Assembly: GCA_002269645.1 (NCBI GenBank)
Contig: NIVC01000594.1
Coordinates: 310,001 to 374,000 of the forward strand
DNA length: 64,000 bases
Source: Macrostomum lignano
Taxonomy: Eukaryota
Reading direction: 5' to 3'
Positions 23,226 through 34,261 of this stretch are shown here, one piece after another (within the stretch, counting starts at the first letter, position 1; every line of letters begins with the position of its first letter). The position numbers were made by a program, and so were the translations under genes. The notes below the pieces were generated by a model. It did no database searches. It was not told where the DNA came from and saw only the letters and a program-made list of their open reading frames with translations.

Positions 23226-23548
23226 TTGGAGATCATAAAACCCCTAGATCCGAACACCAGCTGCCTGCCCAAGCACAAGAAAGGAACTGACATATAAAAG
23301 CAAGTTTATGCAGATATGAAATATTAAAAGCAAGTAGATGCCAGAATCAGGTGCTGAGCTCTCAGCTAAATTAAGAACTGAATAAACTATTTATCAGACG
23401 AAATTGAAATTAATTTTCTAAGTCAATCTCGCTTGATTCTAAATCCTTCACAAATGAAAAAAGGTGTAAGACTGAAGCTTTCGTGAAAAGCGATTAATCA
23501 ATTTCAGTAATTGGGCATATTTATATTTCTCATTGGTTAGCAGCAGGC

Positions 23549-23646
23549 CACGTGACTTTTTTCACCTACTTATTTTTGTCTTGTAGTATAGTTTGCTAAT
23601 TAATCAAATCAATTAGATGAATTTTTGTACTTAAAAAAGTCACGTG
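23549..23646. promoter_or_regulatory. 98-bp element bounded by a perfect 14-bp inverted repeat containing GTCACGTG E-boxes
   Basis: cacgtgactttttt (23549-23562) is the exact reverse complement of aaaaaagtcacgtg (23633-23646). The regulatory function is inferred. Confidence 0.55.
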
Positions 23647-24152
23647 CCACGGCGCGTGTGTAGTTGAAAATAGATTTGAAAACGCCCATTCAATATAACA
23701 AAAACGATTTTACGACAAAGCATGCACCCAGCCTACGACTATGAATTGAATGTATAGGCTTGCAAATAAACAATTGAGACTCAATAAGGTTTTGTTTTAT
23801 TACATGAATATTTAAAACTGAAACTACACTTTACACAGGTGCGCAGTGTACTATTAACTAACAGTGCCTAGTTAAAGTACATATTAATCGTAATTACAAG
23901 CGAAGTAAGTGTTGGTTAGTAAAGAGCAAAGCTAAACTCAAATAGTCGCATGACATTTCAACTGCGCTGGATAAATAAGCTGATTAAATAATAGTAACAA
24001 TTCGTAAAAAAACAGCAGCGGATAATGCAACGGTTAGTAAAATTTTACCCGATATGTATCGAAAAAACGATTTAAGCAAAAAACAAAATTCAACACCGCG
24101 TAGGCATCAGATACGATACTAGTGGCGGTTAGTGATAAATAAACAACTTGAT

Positions 24153-24273
24153 CCGTGGGAAATTCGCGGTTATACCGCGGAAAGTCCACGGAATTTCCGC
24201 GGCTTTACCATGGTAAGTCCTTGGAAGTTCCTCGGCTATACCATGGTAATTCCATGGAATTTCCGCGGGAAAT
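24153..24273. repeat. 11-bp-period array of CCNNGG hexamers with AT-rich 5-bp spacers
   Basis: Hexamers start at 24153, 24164, 24175 ... 24263 (11 units); 10 match CCNNGG and one is TCGCGG. Confidence 0.9.
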
Positions 24274-24393
24274 CCATCTTACTCTGTTATTTCAGCAGGT
24301 TAAAAATTTTAGGAAGCTGTATACTAAGATAGGCACATTTAGTTTTAGTTGTTTGTTTGGACTTCTAATCGACTGCACCGATTGAATTAATAA

Positions 24394-24813
24394 TTAATTG
24401 TAGCCTTCTTCCTTCTTGCCGTGCTTGATCATCTTCGTAAACTCGGAGTAATTAAACCGGCCGTCCTGCACCGGAGCTCCGTGTAGGAGCTCGTCAACCT
24501 GCTCATCAGTCCAGCGATCGCCCATAGTGGTGAGAATCTCGCGCAGCCGCTCCTCGGAGATCTGCCCGGAGCCTTCAGGATCGAAGCAGCCAAAAGCGTT
24601 CTTGATTGTCTCCTCCGGGTCGCTGCCGGACATTTTCTCGCCGAACAGAGTGAGAAACATGGTGAAGTTGATGGGGCCGGGGGCCTCGCTCACCATCTCT
24701 TCGGCGTATTGCTGCAGACCGACTTCGTTTTTGCCGAGTGAAACCAGAATCTCTGACAGATCCTCGGCGTCGATAAAGCCATCCTTGTTGATGTCGATCA
24801 TGTTAAAGGCTTC
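24394..24813 (-). CDS. MRLC: Myosin regulatory light chain, coding exon 2 (EF-hand body)
   Basis: [62 protein letters not shown] acceptor at 24814-24816; phase 0 with exon 1. Confidence 0.96.
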   Translation of the reverse strand, partial: EAFNMIDINKDGFIDAEDLSEILVSLGKNEVGLQQYAEEMVSEAPGPINFTMFLTLFGEKMSGSDPEETIKNAFGCFDPEGSGQISEERLREILTTMGDRWTDEQVDELLHGAPVQDGRFNYSEFTKMIKHGKKEEGYN

Positions 24814-24896
24814 CTGGATTAATGAGGATCAGTGCAGGGCTAATTTAGCGCCTCAATGAATAATCCAGTTCATCAAAAGATAATTTTGCCGCAACA

Positions 24897-25890
24897 AAAG
24901 CTAATTTGGGATCTGAGAAGCTAATTTGGCATCTGAGAAGCTAACTTGACATCTTGGTACTTTAGACACTAATTTGTACTTTAGAACCTAGAGTGGTACT
25001 TTGGACGCCAATTATTTAAAAGCTATTTTTTTAAAGCTAATTTGGCATCTGAGAAGCTAATTCGGCATCTGAAAAGCTAATATGGCATCTGAGAAGCTAA
25101 TTTGACATCTGAAAAGCTAATTCGGCATCTGAGAAGCTAATTCGGCATCTGAGAAGCTAATTTGGCATTTGAGAAGCTAATTTGGCATCTGAGAAGCTAA
25201 TTCGGCATCTGAGAAGCTAATTCGGCATCTGAGAAGCTAATTTGGCATCTGAGAAGCTAATTTGGCATCTGAGAAGCTAATTTGGCATCTGAGAAGCTAA
25301 TTCGGCATCTGAGTAGCACATTTGGCATCTGAGAAGCTAATTCGGCATCTGAAAAGCTAATATGGCATCTGAGAAGCTAATTTGACATCTGAAAAGCTAA
25401 TTTGGCATTTGAGAAGCTAATTTGGCATCTGAGAAGCTAATTCGGCATCTGAGAAGCTAATTTGGCATTTGAGAAGCTAATTTGGCATCTGAGAAGCTAA
25501 TTTGGCATCTGAGAAGCTAATTCGGCATCTGAGTAGCACATTTGGCATCTGAGAGGCTAATTTGGCATTTGAGAAGCTATTTCGGCATCTTGGTACTTGA
25601 GAACTTAGTCTAGCATTTGAGAAGCTAATTTGGCATTTGAGAAGCTAATTTGGCATCTGAGAAGCTAATTTGGCATCTGAGAAGCTAATTTGGCATCTGA
25701 GAAGCTAATTTGGCATCTGAGAAGCTAATTTGGCATCTGAGTAGCACATTTGGCATCTGAGAGGCTAATTTGGCATTTGAGAAGCTAATTCGGCATCTGA
25801 AAAGCTAATTCGGCATCTGAAAAGCTAATTCGGCATCTGAAAAGCTAATTTGGCATCTGAGAAGCTAATTTGGCATCTGAGAAGCTAATT
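24897..25890 (+). repeat. 20-bp minisatellite GAGAAGCTAATTTGGCATCT in the MRLC intron
   Basis: About 45 units with an interruption near 24950-25030. Confidence 0.96.
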
Positions 25891-26464
25891 AGGCCGCTAC
25901 AAACGACAGAATTTCTTTAAAAAAGAAGCCTATCAAAACATCAAGAAAATCACGGAATGCAAGTCAAGAACACATAGCCGGACTACTATTAGTAAGTAAA
26001 TAGCAAATTTAGACTAAATTGGTATTTTTGAACTATTTGGCAAATAACCACTATTAGCATACCAGCTTCAAGTCCCGCAAGACATGGAATCAAAAACTCA
26101 AGGAAAAAACATTGGCGCTATGCTTAGCTAAACACACAAGTGACTTGTTAACTACTAAGCCGCATGTTACAGACTAAGCTAATTACAAAAGCATTTCCCT
26201 GTTAACTGGTTCGTTGGTTTGTTACAACGGCTGAATTTCTGCTTTTGCACAGAAAACTGCAAGTTAACTTGCGAAGAAATTTCTTGGCAAGAGAAATAAA
26301 GAAGTAAGACGCAGATACAGATGCAGATGCAGCAGCGATTCACAGAATATTGAAGTTTTGAACAGCGCACCATGGGTAAAACTGCTTTAGTGGCCAATTT
26401 TAATGGGGCGATTGAGGTACGCTACACGGAGCAAGGAGATACGAGTATATTCGGAGTCCGAGAA

Positions 26465-27870
26465 GAAAAATGAGGAAAGGAAAGGAGAGGAGAGGGAAAC
26501 TAGAGAAGAAAGGAGAGAAAAAAGAAAAGAAGACGAGAGAAGCGAGGAAACGAGAGAAGACGGAAGGAGAGGAGAGAGATGAGAAAAGAGATGGGATGAG
26601 ATAGGAGATGAGAGGAGAGAGGAGACGAGACAAGAGAGGAGACAAGAGAGATCAGAGGAGAGTAGAGGAGAGTAGAGGAGAGTAGAGGAGAGGAGAATAA
26701 AGTAGAGGAGAGGAGATCAGAGGAGAGGAGAGGAGAGTAGAGAAGAGTAGAGGAGAGTAGAGTAGAGTAGAGGAGAGGAGAGTAGAGGAGAGTAGAGGAG
26801 AGTAGAGGAGAGGAGAGGAGAGGAGATCAGAGGAGAGGAGAGAAGAAGAGAGTAGAGTAGAGTAGAGTAGAGGAGAGGAGATCAGAGGAGAGGAGAGGAG
26901 AGTAGAGTAAAGTAGAGGAGAGGAGATCAGAGGAGAGGAGATCAGAGGAGAGGAGAGTAGAGTAGAGTAGAGGAGAGGAGAGTAGAGGAGAGGAGAGTAG
27001 AGGAGAGGAGAGTAGAGGAGAGGAGAGGAGGAGAGTAGAGGTGAGGAGAGTAGAGGAGAGTAGAGTAAAGTAGAGGAGAGGAGATCAGAGGAGAGGAGAG
27101 TAGAGGAGAGGAGAGTAGAGGAGAGTAGAGTAAAGTAGAGGAGAGGAGATCAGAGGAGAGGAGAGTAGAGGAGAGGAGAGGAGAGGAGAGGAGAGGAGAG
27201 GAGAGTAGAGAAGAGTAGAGGAGAGTAGAAGAGAGTAGAGTAGAGTAGAGGAGAGGAGAGTAGAGGAGAGTAGAGGAGAGTAGAGGAGAGGAGAGGAGAG
27301 GAGATCAGAGGAGAGGAGAGAAGAAGAGAATAGAGTAGAGTAGAGTAGAGGAGAGGAGATCAGAGGAGAGGAGAGGAGAGTAGAGTAAAGTAGAGGAGAG
27401 GAGATCAGAGGAGAGGAGATCAGAGGAGAGGAGAGTAGAGTAGAGGAGAGTAGAGTAGAGGAGAGGAGAGTAGAGGAGAGGAGAGTAGAGGAGAGGAGAG
27501 GAGGAGAGTAGAGGAGAGGAGAGTAGAGGAGAGTAGAGTAAAGTAGAGGAGAGGAGATCAGAGGAGAGGAGAGTAGAGGAGAGGAGAGGAGAGGAGAGGA
27601 GAGGAGAGTAGAGGAGAGTAGAGGAGAGGAAAGGAGAGGAGAGTAGAGTAAAGTAGAGGAGAGGAGATCAGAGGAGAGGAGAGTAGAGTAGAGGAGAGGA
27701 GAGGAGAGGAGAGTAGAGGAGAGGAGACGAGAGAGGAGACGGGACGAGAGAGGAGAGGAGACAAGTGGGATAGGAAAGACTGATACCAGAGGAGAGGAGA
27801 GAGTGACACATGGAGAGAAGACGAGAGAAGAGATGAGACGGGGAGAGAAGACGAGAGATAAGACGAGAGA
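26465..27870 (+). repeat. Polypurine pentamer repeat (AGAGG/AGAGT/AGATC) in the MRLC intron
   Basis: Direct reading; source of the spurious S/P/L-rich ORFs. Confidence 0.95.
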
Positions 27871-27995
27871 GGAGAGGATAGAACTATCTAATCCAACGTC
27901 AGACACATCGACATTGCTAGCAAATGGATAATTTTACACTACACCGACATTTGGCCAACGTAGAGAGACGAGAGGGGTAGAGAAGAGCTGGCAGA

Positions 27996-28200
27996 GATGA
28001 GCCAGAGAACAGGGGGCGGGGGCAGGGCACCGAGGCCAGTGTCGCGGCAACAGCCAGAGAACAGGGGGCGGGGGCAGGGCACCGAGGCCAGTGTCGCGGC
28101 AACAGCCAGAGAACAGGGGGCGGGGGCAGGGCCAGTGTCGCGGCAACAGCCAGAGAACAGGGGGCGGGGGCAGGGCCAGTGTCGCGGCAACAGCCAGAGA
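27996..28200 (+). repeat. G-rich 44-52 bp tandem repeat (agccagagaacagggggcgggggcagggc..gccagtgtcgcggcaac)
   Basis: About 4 copies; abuts the 28197-28329 hairpin. Confidence 0.9.
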
Positions 28201-28329
28201 AGTTCTCTACGAATTCCGTCCAGCGGGCAGCATTGATGCGCAGCGCAAACTGAGAGAAGTCCAGAAGCGTCATGCAACAGTCAAACACACCAACTAGTCT
28301 AGCAGGACGAAAGGCGTAGAGAACTTCTC
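28197..28329 (-). ncRNA. Unassigned 133-nt long-hairpin candidate (structured RNA or foldback element)
   Basis: Perfect 15-bp terminal inverted repeat plus further internal helices; TATATAA about 90 nt upstream on the minus strand (28427-28421). I recognise no known RNA family. Confidence 0.3.
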
Positions 28330-29162
28330 CTTCGTTTAAAGCTGATTCAAAGTATGCCTGTCAGTCTGTCAGTGTTTCGGAGAATGGGCAGCCGCTCAGG
28401 AGTCGCGGACCCCTCCCAGCTTATATAGACAGTTTTCTGGCGTGCAGATTCTCTTATGCTGGATATTAAATTGCAATATTGGTGGTAGGCCACATCGTTA
28501 ATCCTGCCAATAAAGGATTTCAGTTAGGCGCCAGCAAGGATTAGGGGGGGGGGGGGAAGCAAGCGGAGACGGGTCCAATAATCCCACGGCTATTAACTGG
28601 GATCACGAACTCATCAAAACGCGAGGCAAAAAAATTGAAAAATTAATTCAAGATTTTTCAAGATTTTAATTACACTCAGGTATAAGCATGGGCGGGATTA
28701 TTTTATTTGCTCATTTTCTTCCTTTAATGTGCCAACTGCAAAAACCCCATTTAGTCTGTCTGCGACATGACGCCATGCCTCTCTCTGACCTTTCGGTCGG
28801 CGTGCCTTCCTTCTGTCAGGCTTCTTAGCTTTCACAGTAGGCGTCCTTGTTGTCAGCTGACAAATTTAGATCCCTCCAAACCTCTTCGTTGTCTTCCATT
28901 TTTTTAAAACCCCATGAAAACGATACCTAGACAAAGAAACGTCCTCAAAACGTTGTAAAATCACTGAGTTGCGTCTAAAGCATATCTTTTTAATTAGAAT
29001 CGCATTTTGCATTTACAACAACTCTTTTAGTGAGTTATTTCTGAATGACTCTAGCGATTCTTGTCACGGTAACGATTTTAACAGCCTTCTATTCCCTTTG
29101 ATCGCTCCTTGTGTCTAATCTCACAAGAACACATGCGCGCAAACAGATGACACAAAACTGAC

Positions 29163-29267
29163 CTTGAACTCCTGAACCGACTGCTCGGAGAACATGCTGA
29201 ATACATTGCTGGTGTAGCGCTGGGTGCGCTGCCTCGGTCCGCGACGCTTGGCTGCAGCTTTGGACAT
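29163..29267 (-). CDS. MRLC: Myosin regulatory light chain, coding exon 1 (not in the ORF track); full CDS join(complement 29163..29267, 24394..24813), 174 aa
   Basis: Manual translation MSKAAAKRRGPRQRTQRYTSNVFSMFSEQSVQEFK|gtcagt matches the RLC N-terminus with the TS phosphorylation motif and joins in frame to EAFNMID. Confidence 0.93.
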
Positions 29268-29470
29268 GTTTGCTTTAACTTTTATTTAAATTGTATTACA
29301 ACTGATGAAAATTTAGCCTTTGCAAGCTGCTTTTAGATAAGCTGAAATTGTTATATGTAATGTGCTTTTTACTGCTCTTCATTGTTTGTAATATTTTGCA
29401 GTACCGAGTTTACCTAATTGTTTTTGTAACAATTAATTCCATAGTGTAAAAATCAATACTTGTAGGAAGG

Positions 29471-29650
29471 CCTTGAACATTTAACTCTGCATTGCTTCAG
29501 TTTGCCTTGTGCAATGGAAACCAACATTAGCTGGGATAATTGAGGGTGTGTGACAACTCCCCAGTTCTTAGACTGAACAGCCATATGCAGCCTTCAGATG
29601 TGCATCGCATGCACCATGCAAAATCTGCCACTGAGCTGCTGGTTGCACAT
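29471..29650 (+). mobile_element. 5'-truncated, diverged copy of the CORE-SINE at 60310-60569
   Basis: Shares aactctgcattgctt..agtt, attagctggg..ttgagggt, gactgaacagcc..gcagccttcagatg and ctgagctg..ggttgcacat with the reverse complement of 60310-60500. Confidence 0.75.
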
Positions 29651-29958
29651 AACGGTGTTTCATACACACAAATTAGTTAATTAGTAAACTAATAGTATAA
29701 AATTAAGTCTAAGATTGCAAACTTACTAACCATTTGCCTTAAGAATTTTTATTAGAATATAGACATTTATAACCAATATATATTGGTATTATTTTCTATA
29801 AAAGTTGTCCTAAATTATTAAACAAGAAATGCTTTATAAAATTGGTTTAACAATGCAATATAAGAATCTAATGATAGATATTACTACATTGTTGTTTATA
29901 AATTCTTTGTAAAGACTTGTTGCCCTCCAACTTGTGCTGCTATTAATGGTATTGCTTA

Positions 29959-30865
29959 CGAGGTATTTTCAAAAACAAATGTCAGTGGCTGGATACCTCT
30001 GCTCAAGCAAACGTGGCAAACCTGATTTTTCAGCGTGTTTTACATTGCCATATTGGGACTTATCAGCTGAAAATTTAAGTCAATCCTTTGCATTATTTTA
30101 GCACTAGCAGTAGTTGAAGCAAACTACTTGTTCCAAGGCATTCTGCTACTGCCATGACCCAAGCTTACACTTTTGTTTGTGACATGGTGGGGTATAGCAT
30201 CCTAGAGATCAAAGATGCCTGAGCCATGGCCCACCCGGACAAGCAGCTGTCAGAGGCAAATCTACCACCTTATCCGCCAAGTGACAGACGGCCAGGACAC
30301 AGAAGATCAGTGCAGGTTCAATGCAAAGGAAACAAGGCAATCTGCAGAGACCATTGCAGCTATGCAAGAGGCTGTCAAGCCTGATCGCCACAAAACCATG
30401 GAGGAATTGGCTGAATACTTTGACCTGTCTGTCAGCATAGTCCACACAATCCTGCATGCAGATCTTGGACTATCCAAGAAGAGCAAGCGCTGGGGGTCCC
30501 TTGGCTGCTATTGCTGGAGCAGAAAGCATGAGGAGTTTTCTGGAGAGATACTTGATCCATGTACTTCCTTATCTGCTGTATTTGCCAGATTTGGCTCCCG
30601 CATACTTTTGGCTCTATTGTAAAGCAAAACAAGAGTTATTGGTCATCTAGCTTGCTAACAACTCAGTCAGGAACATGTTGGAACAGGTTGTGCAAGGTCT
30701 TCCAGCAGAAGCCCTAGACCTGGCCTTCAGGAAGTGAATAGATCCCTGCAAAAAGTGCATCGAACTTGAGGGAGATTATGTTGAAAAAGTGTGAAAATAG
30801 AACTGTGTACCTGCTTAGGGAGCTAAGATATGAGGTCATTGACATTTGTTTTTGAATACACCTTA
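29959..30865 (+). mobile_element. Internally deleted mariner (Tc1/mariner) DNA transposon
   Basis: 26-bp imperfect TIRs (22/26; core TTCAAAAACAAATGTCA) flanked by TA on both sides. Transposase relics: HTH (TMEELAEYFDLSVSIVHTILHADLGLSKKSKRW), PDLAP and the C-terminal KCIELEGDYVEK*. The central DD34D region is missing. Confidence 0.92.
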
Positions 30866-32721
30866 TATCTATTCAATTTTTATGCTTTTACTTTGGGTTT
30901 ATTTACTTTGACAGCATTAATTCTTTGTAGTTAGCTAGTAAATTACTGATAATAAAACACTATTAGCTCAATTGAAAATTTTATAAGGCAAAGACCAAGA
31001 ATAAGTTGACTTAACTAATAAGATCAAAAGAATCAAAATTGATAGTAAGATAGACAGCCAACCACTATCTCAGCTGCTACCCTATAGCTACCATTACTAA
31101 ACAAAAGGTTAGCAAATAAATAACTCTGTAAGAAAGAATTTTTTAAATATATATATATATATATATATGGCTTTCACTAGGATGACAATAAATTACACCA
31201 TCTTTTATAGATAAAGCTTATTAAAAAAAGGTGCTATTTACAACAAATGGAAAAGCCAAGGGTTTTTGCATTCTTAAATTAAATTAAAATTGTAAGTTTC
31301 CATATCAAGGTCATTCTAAAATATAGAGCAAAAAGTAATAGGCCTATGCAAAACTATTTTTCTCATAGCCTACCTTTTAGTTTTAATTTTGTATTAATTA
31401 AATAAACTTGCTTTTAACTTGCTAATTGTAACTTGCTAATTGCTTTTGGTTTTACTTTTTAGCATTTGGTTTTATTTTTTAGCACATTAGCTTTGTATTT
31501 TTAAGTCAGGAAAAACATGTATAATTTGCTAAATTAACTGGTTTTAATGAAAAATAGCAAAATATTCTCCTATAGTCCCATGAGTCCCTTAATGCAATTT
31601 AAGCATAAGGTTAACTTTAATGTTCCAAATATTTTGGCTAGGTTTGTACATTCCCTGTGTGGCTATGCATTAAGGTCTTAGCCCTAATAGGTGTGAAGTA
31701 CACAATAACTAAATTTATATATGTATATATTATACAATATATACAATTATATATTACATATAACAATATAACTATAAAGTAATATTTTGATTATATAAGA
31801 TTTATTTTTATCAATAGATTAAATTAGGAATAAGAAAGTTGAAAATGATATATTCTTAACAACTGACTAACACAGTAGGCCCCCATATCTCATCTTGGAG
31901 ACTAGAGTTAACTGACACACAGAAATAACAATAAACACAAACAACAAGCCCATATAGGTAGCATTGCAAATTGTATTGACTAATTTCTTTTTATAAATTA
32001 TAAATAAATTCTAACTCAATTTCTATTAATTTTATTTCATTAACAACTTTTAAAATATAAGCCTGGAATTAAAAATCCTAGCAGCTACAAAATACATTCT
32101 TTACGCCTTCAATTCATTAATTCACTCTAGGCATAGTGACAAAGCTTATTTCTTGAAACTTGGAAGCATAATCCATACAATACCATGTATTATCTAAGAA
32201 GGCCCTCTTCTATTCTGGGCTGGCCAATGGTCCAATTCATAAAAAACTAATGACAATGAGCTAAATATTACTGCGTAGCTTTATTAGTCCATATTGCTAC
32301 AGCTACATCTTTAATTTTTTAAAAAAGCAACGAACAACTTGGTCTTCCACAGCTCAATTAATTGATATATTGAACTATTGTAAGTTTAATTTTCACAGGA
32401 AACCTACCTCATTTTGAAAAAAAGTATTAAATTTCTCATACACGTTAAAACAAATCAAATTTACTTATCAATTAAGCTTGCAGTTTTATAGTAAAGCTTG
32501 AATCAATTTTTCTTATTTTTAGTCTATAACATAAAATTTAATAACTAACTAACTAGTGTTAACTATATTTATTACAAGTGCAGTGCACCAAAGTCATAAA
32601 TAAAATTTTAAGAAAAAGTCTGCAGATAACTTCAAAACTTAAATTTTATAACATTCAGAAGCCACATCTACATTTAAACAGTTTGCAGGCTTTATTTCAT
32701 GCATTACACGTATGCATATGT

Positions 32722-33152
32722 CAGTGGCGGATCCTGGGGGGGGGGGGGCAAGGGGGCCATGGCCCCCCCTCAGCTGCCTCGAAAAAAATTCTGCTCTTGG
32801 TCTTTGGCCCCCTTCTAAGTAAGTAAAGGGCTTGGGCCTTGGGGTGGGTTCCTACTCGGGGCAGGGGCAGGGCTCAGACAGAGACCTGTTATTCATTAAT
32901 TTTTCGCTATTTTTACAAACCATCCCACATCGCCTTGATTTGCCAATTGCCATCCTTGTTTAACTGCTGCGACTTGTCTATACAGAGGACAGTACATGTA
33001 GTTTGAATCTCTCGCTAAACTCTCTCCTGAGTTTAGTCTCCTGAGTCTCCTGAGTCCTCATTTTGAATGATTGCTTCTGCCAGTTAATACTTGTAACTTA
33101 AAAGTATGAAAAAAGTTGGCCCCCCCTCAAGAAATTCCTGGATCCGCGCCTG
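32722..33152. mobile_element. Non-autonomous hAT element (MITE), 431 bp
   Basis: Termini CAGTGGCGGATCC / GGATCCGCGCCTG with a perfect 8-bp target-site duplication GCATATGT (32714-32721 and 33153-33160). Confidence 0.92.
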
Positions 33153-34261
33153 GCATATGTAGTTTAGGAATAGTATATCAACAGGGGTACCGCCACGGAG
33201 CAGTAAACGCTATGGGAGGATATTGTCCTCCGTCCCACCGTGTGATCCGTTATGTATATCAATAAATTTGTTTAGGCCCGCAAAAAACATTCGCGGCGCT
33301 CTGCTCCCCGTCGGTAGTAAGTAGGCCCCAAAATACATATACTGTACGTGTGCATGTAATAATAACGCAAGCGGCGCCAAAATGAGGGCTAACAGCACCT
33401 ATTTGAAAATTAATTTGATGGTGACATGTATATGTACATATTATGATGATGGGACAAAAAATTACACAGGAGTAAGCTAGCTAGTGACTAAAATATGAAA
33501 ATATGGCAACGAAATTACACGTTACATGTACATTATGACAGTAAATACATGTAGCTCTTTCCGTGAACACGTACAGTATCCATGCATGAGCTTGTACACA
33601 CATGTACATGTACGTACATGTACAGGAGTCGATCGGAGGAATGGAAAGAATTGCCTCATAGGGCAGAGTTACAGGGCGATGTCACTGAAATTGCGTTGTT
33701 TCAAAGTACCCATGACACTTCTAGTCCTCCTGCCAAATATTGATCTATCGAGATGCACATACGTACATGTACAGTATGCCTTCTTTTTTTAAATATGGCA
33801 ATGTACAAGCCGCGTAAAAGTTCCCCAAAACTAAATGCACAATTTACGTCTTTTCTAAACACCAACGATTTTTTATTGAATTCTACTATTCTGATTATAG
33901 CATGCAGATAAACAAATGAAATAAATTTAAAAGTTCCGGGTTTGCAATCAAGTCTCTTTTGGGATTTGTCACTTTTAGAGGGGCTCGGAATGAATTTCCC
34001 GGCGCGAATGCCAGGCAAATTTTCCCTCTTAACGAGCATTCGACCACGGCTGTCCTGTAAACCGCAAAGGGATTAGAGAGTGGGGTAAACCGATTTACAC
34101 TGCCACAAAAACAGGGCGCACAGCTTCAGCTAGGAATTGCGAATATTATTACTATGTGGCCATATTTTCTTTATGAAAATTCTACGCAAAAAAACTCCTT
34201 TGATAATCAATGAAGATGGGCATACAGTATAATGCTACTCTTGATTCCAACTGCTGTAAAA

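Noticed and set aside
28200-28275. MTLLDFSQ...WTEF as MRLC exon 1
   Set aside because: It lacks the RLC N-terminal motif and has a poor donor; the true exon is 29163-29267.
28330-28370. U3 snoRNA-like 5' sequence (catacttt)
   Set aside because: No recognisable B, C or D boxes follow.
33400-33780. Cluster of TACATGTA palindromes
   Set aside because: This is a low-complexity motif common in AT-rich invertebrate intergenic DNA, with no defined unit or boundaries.
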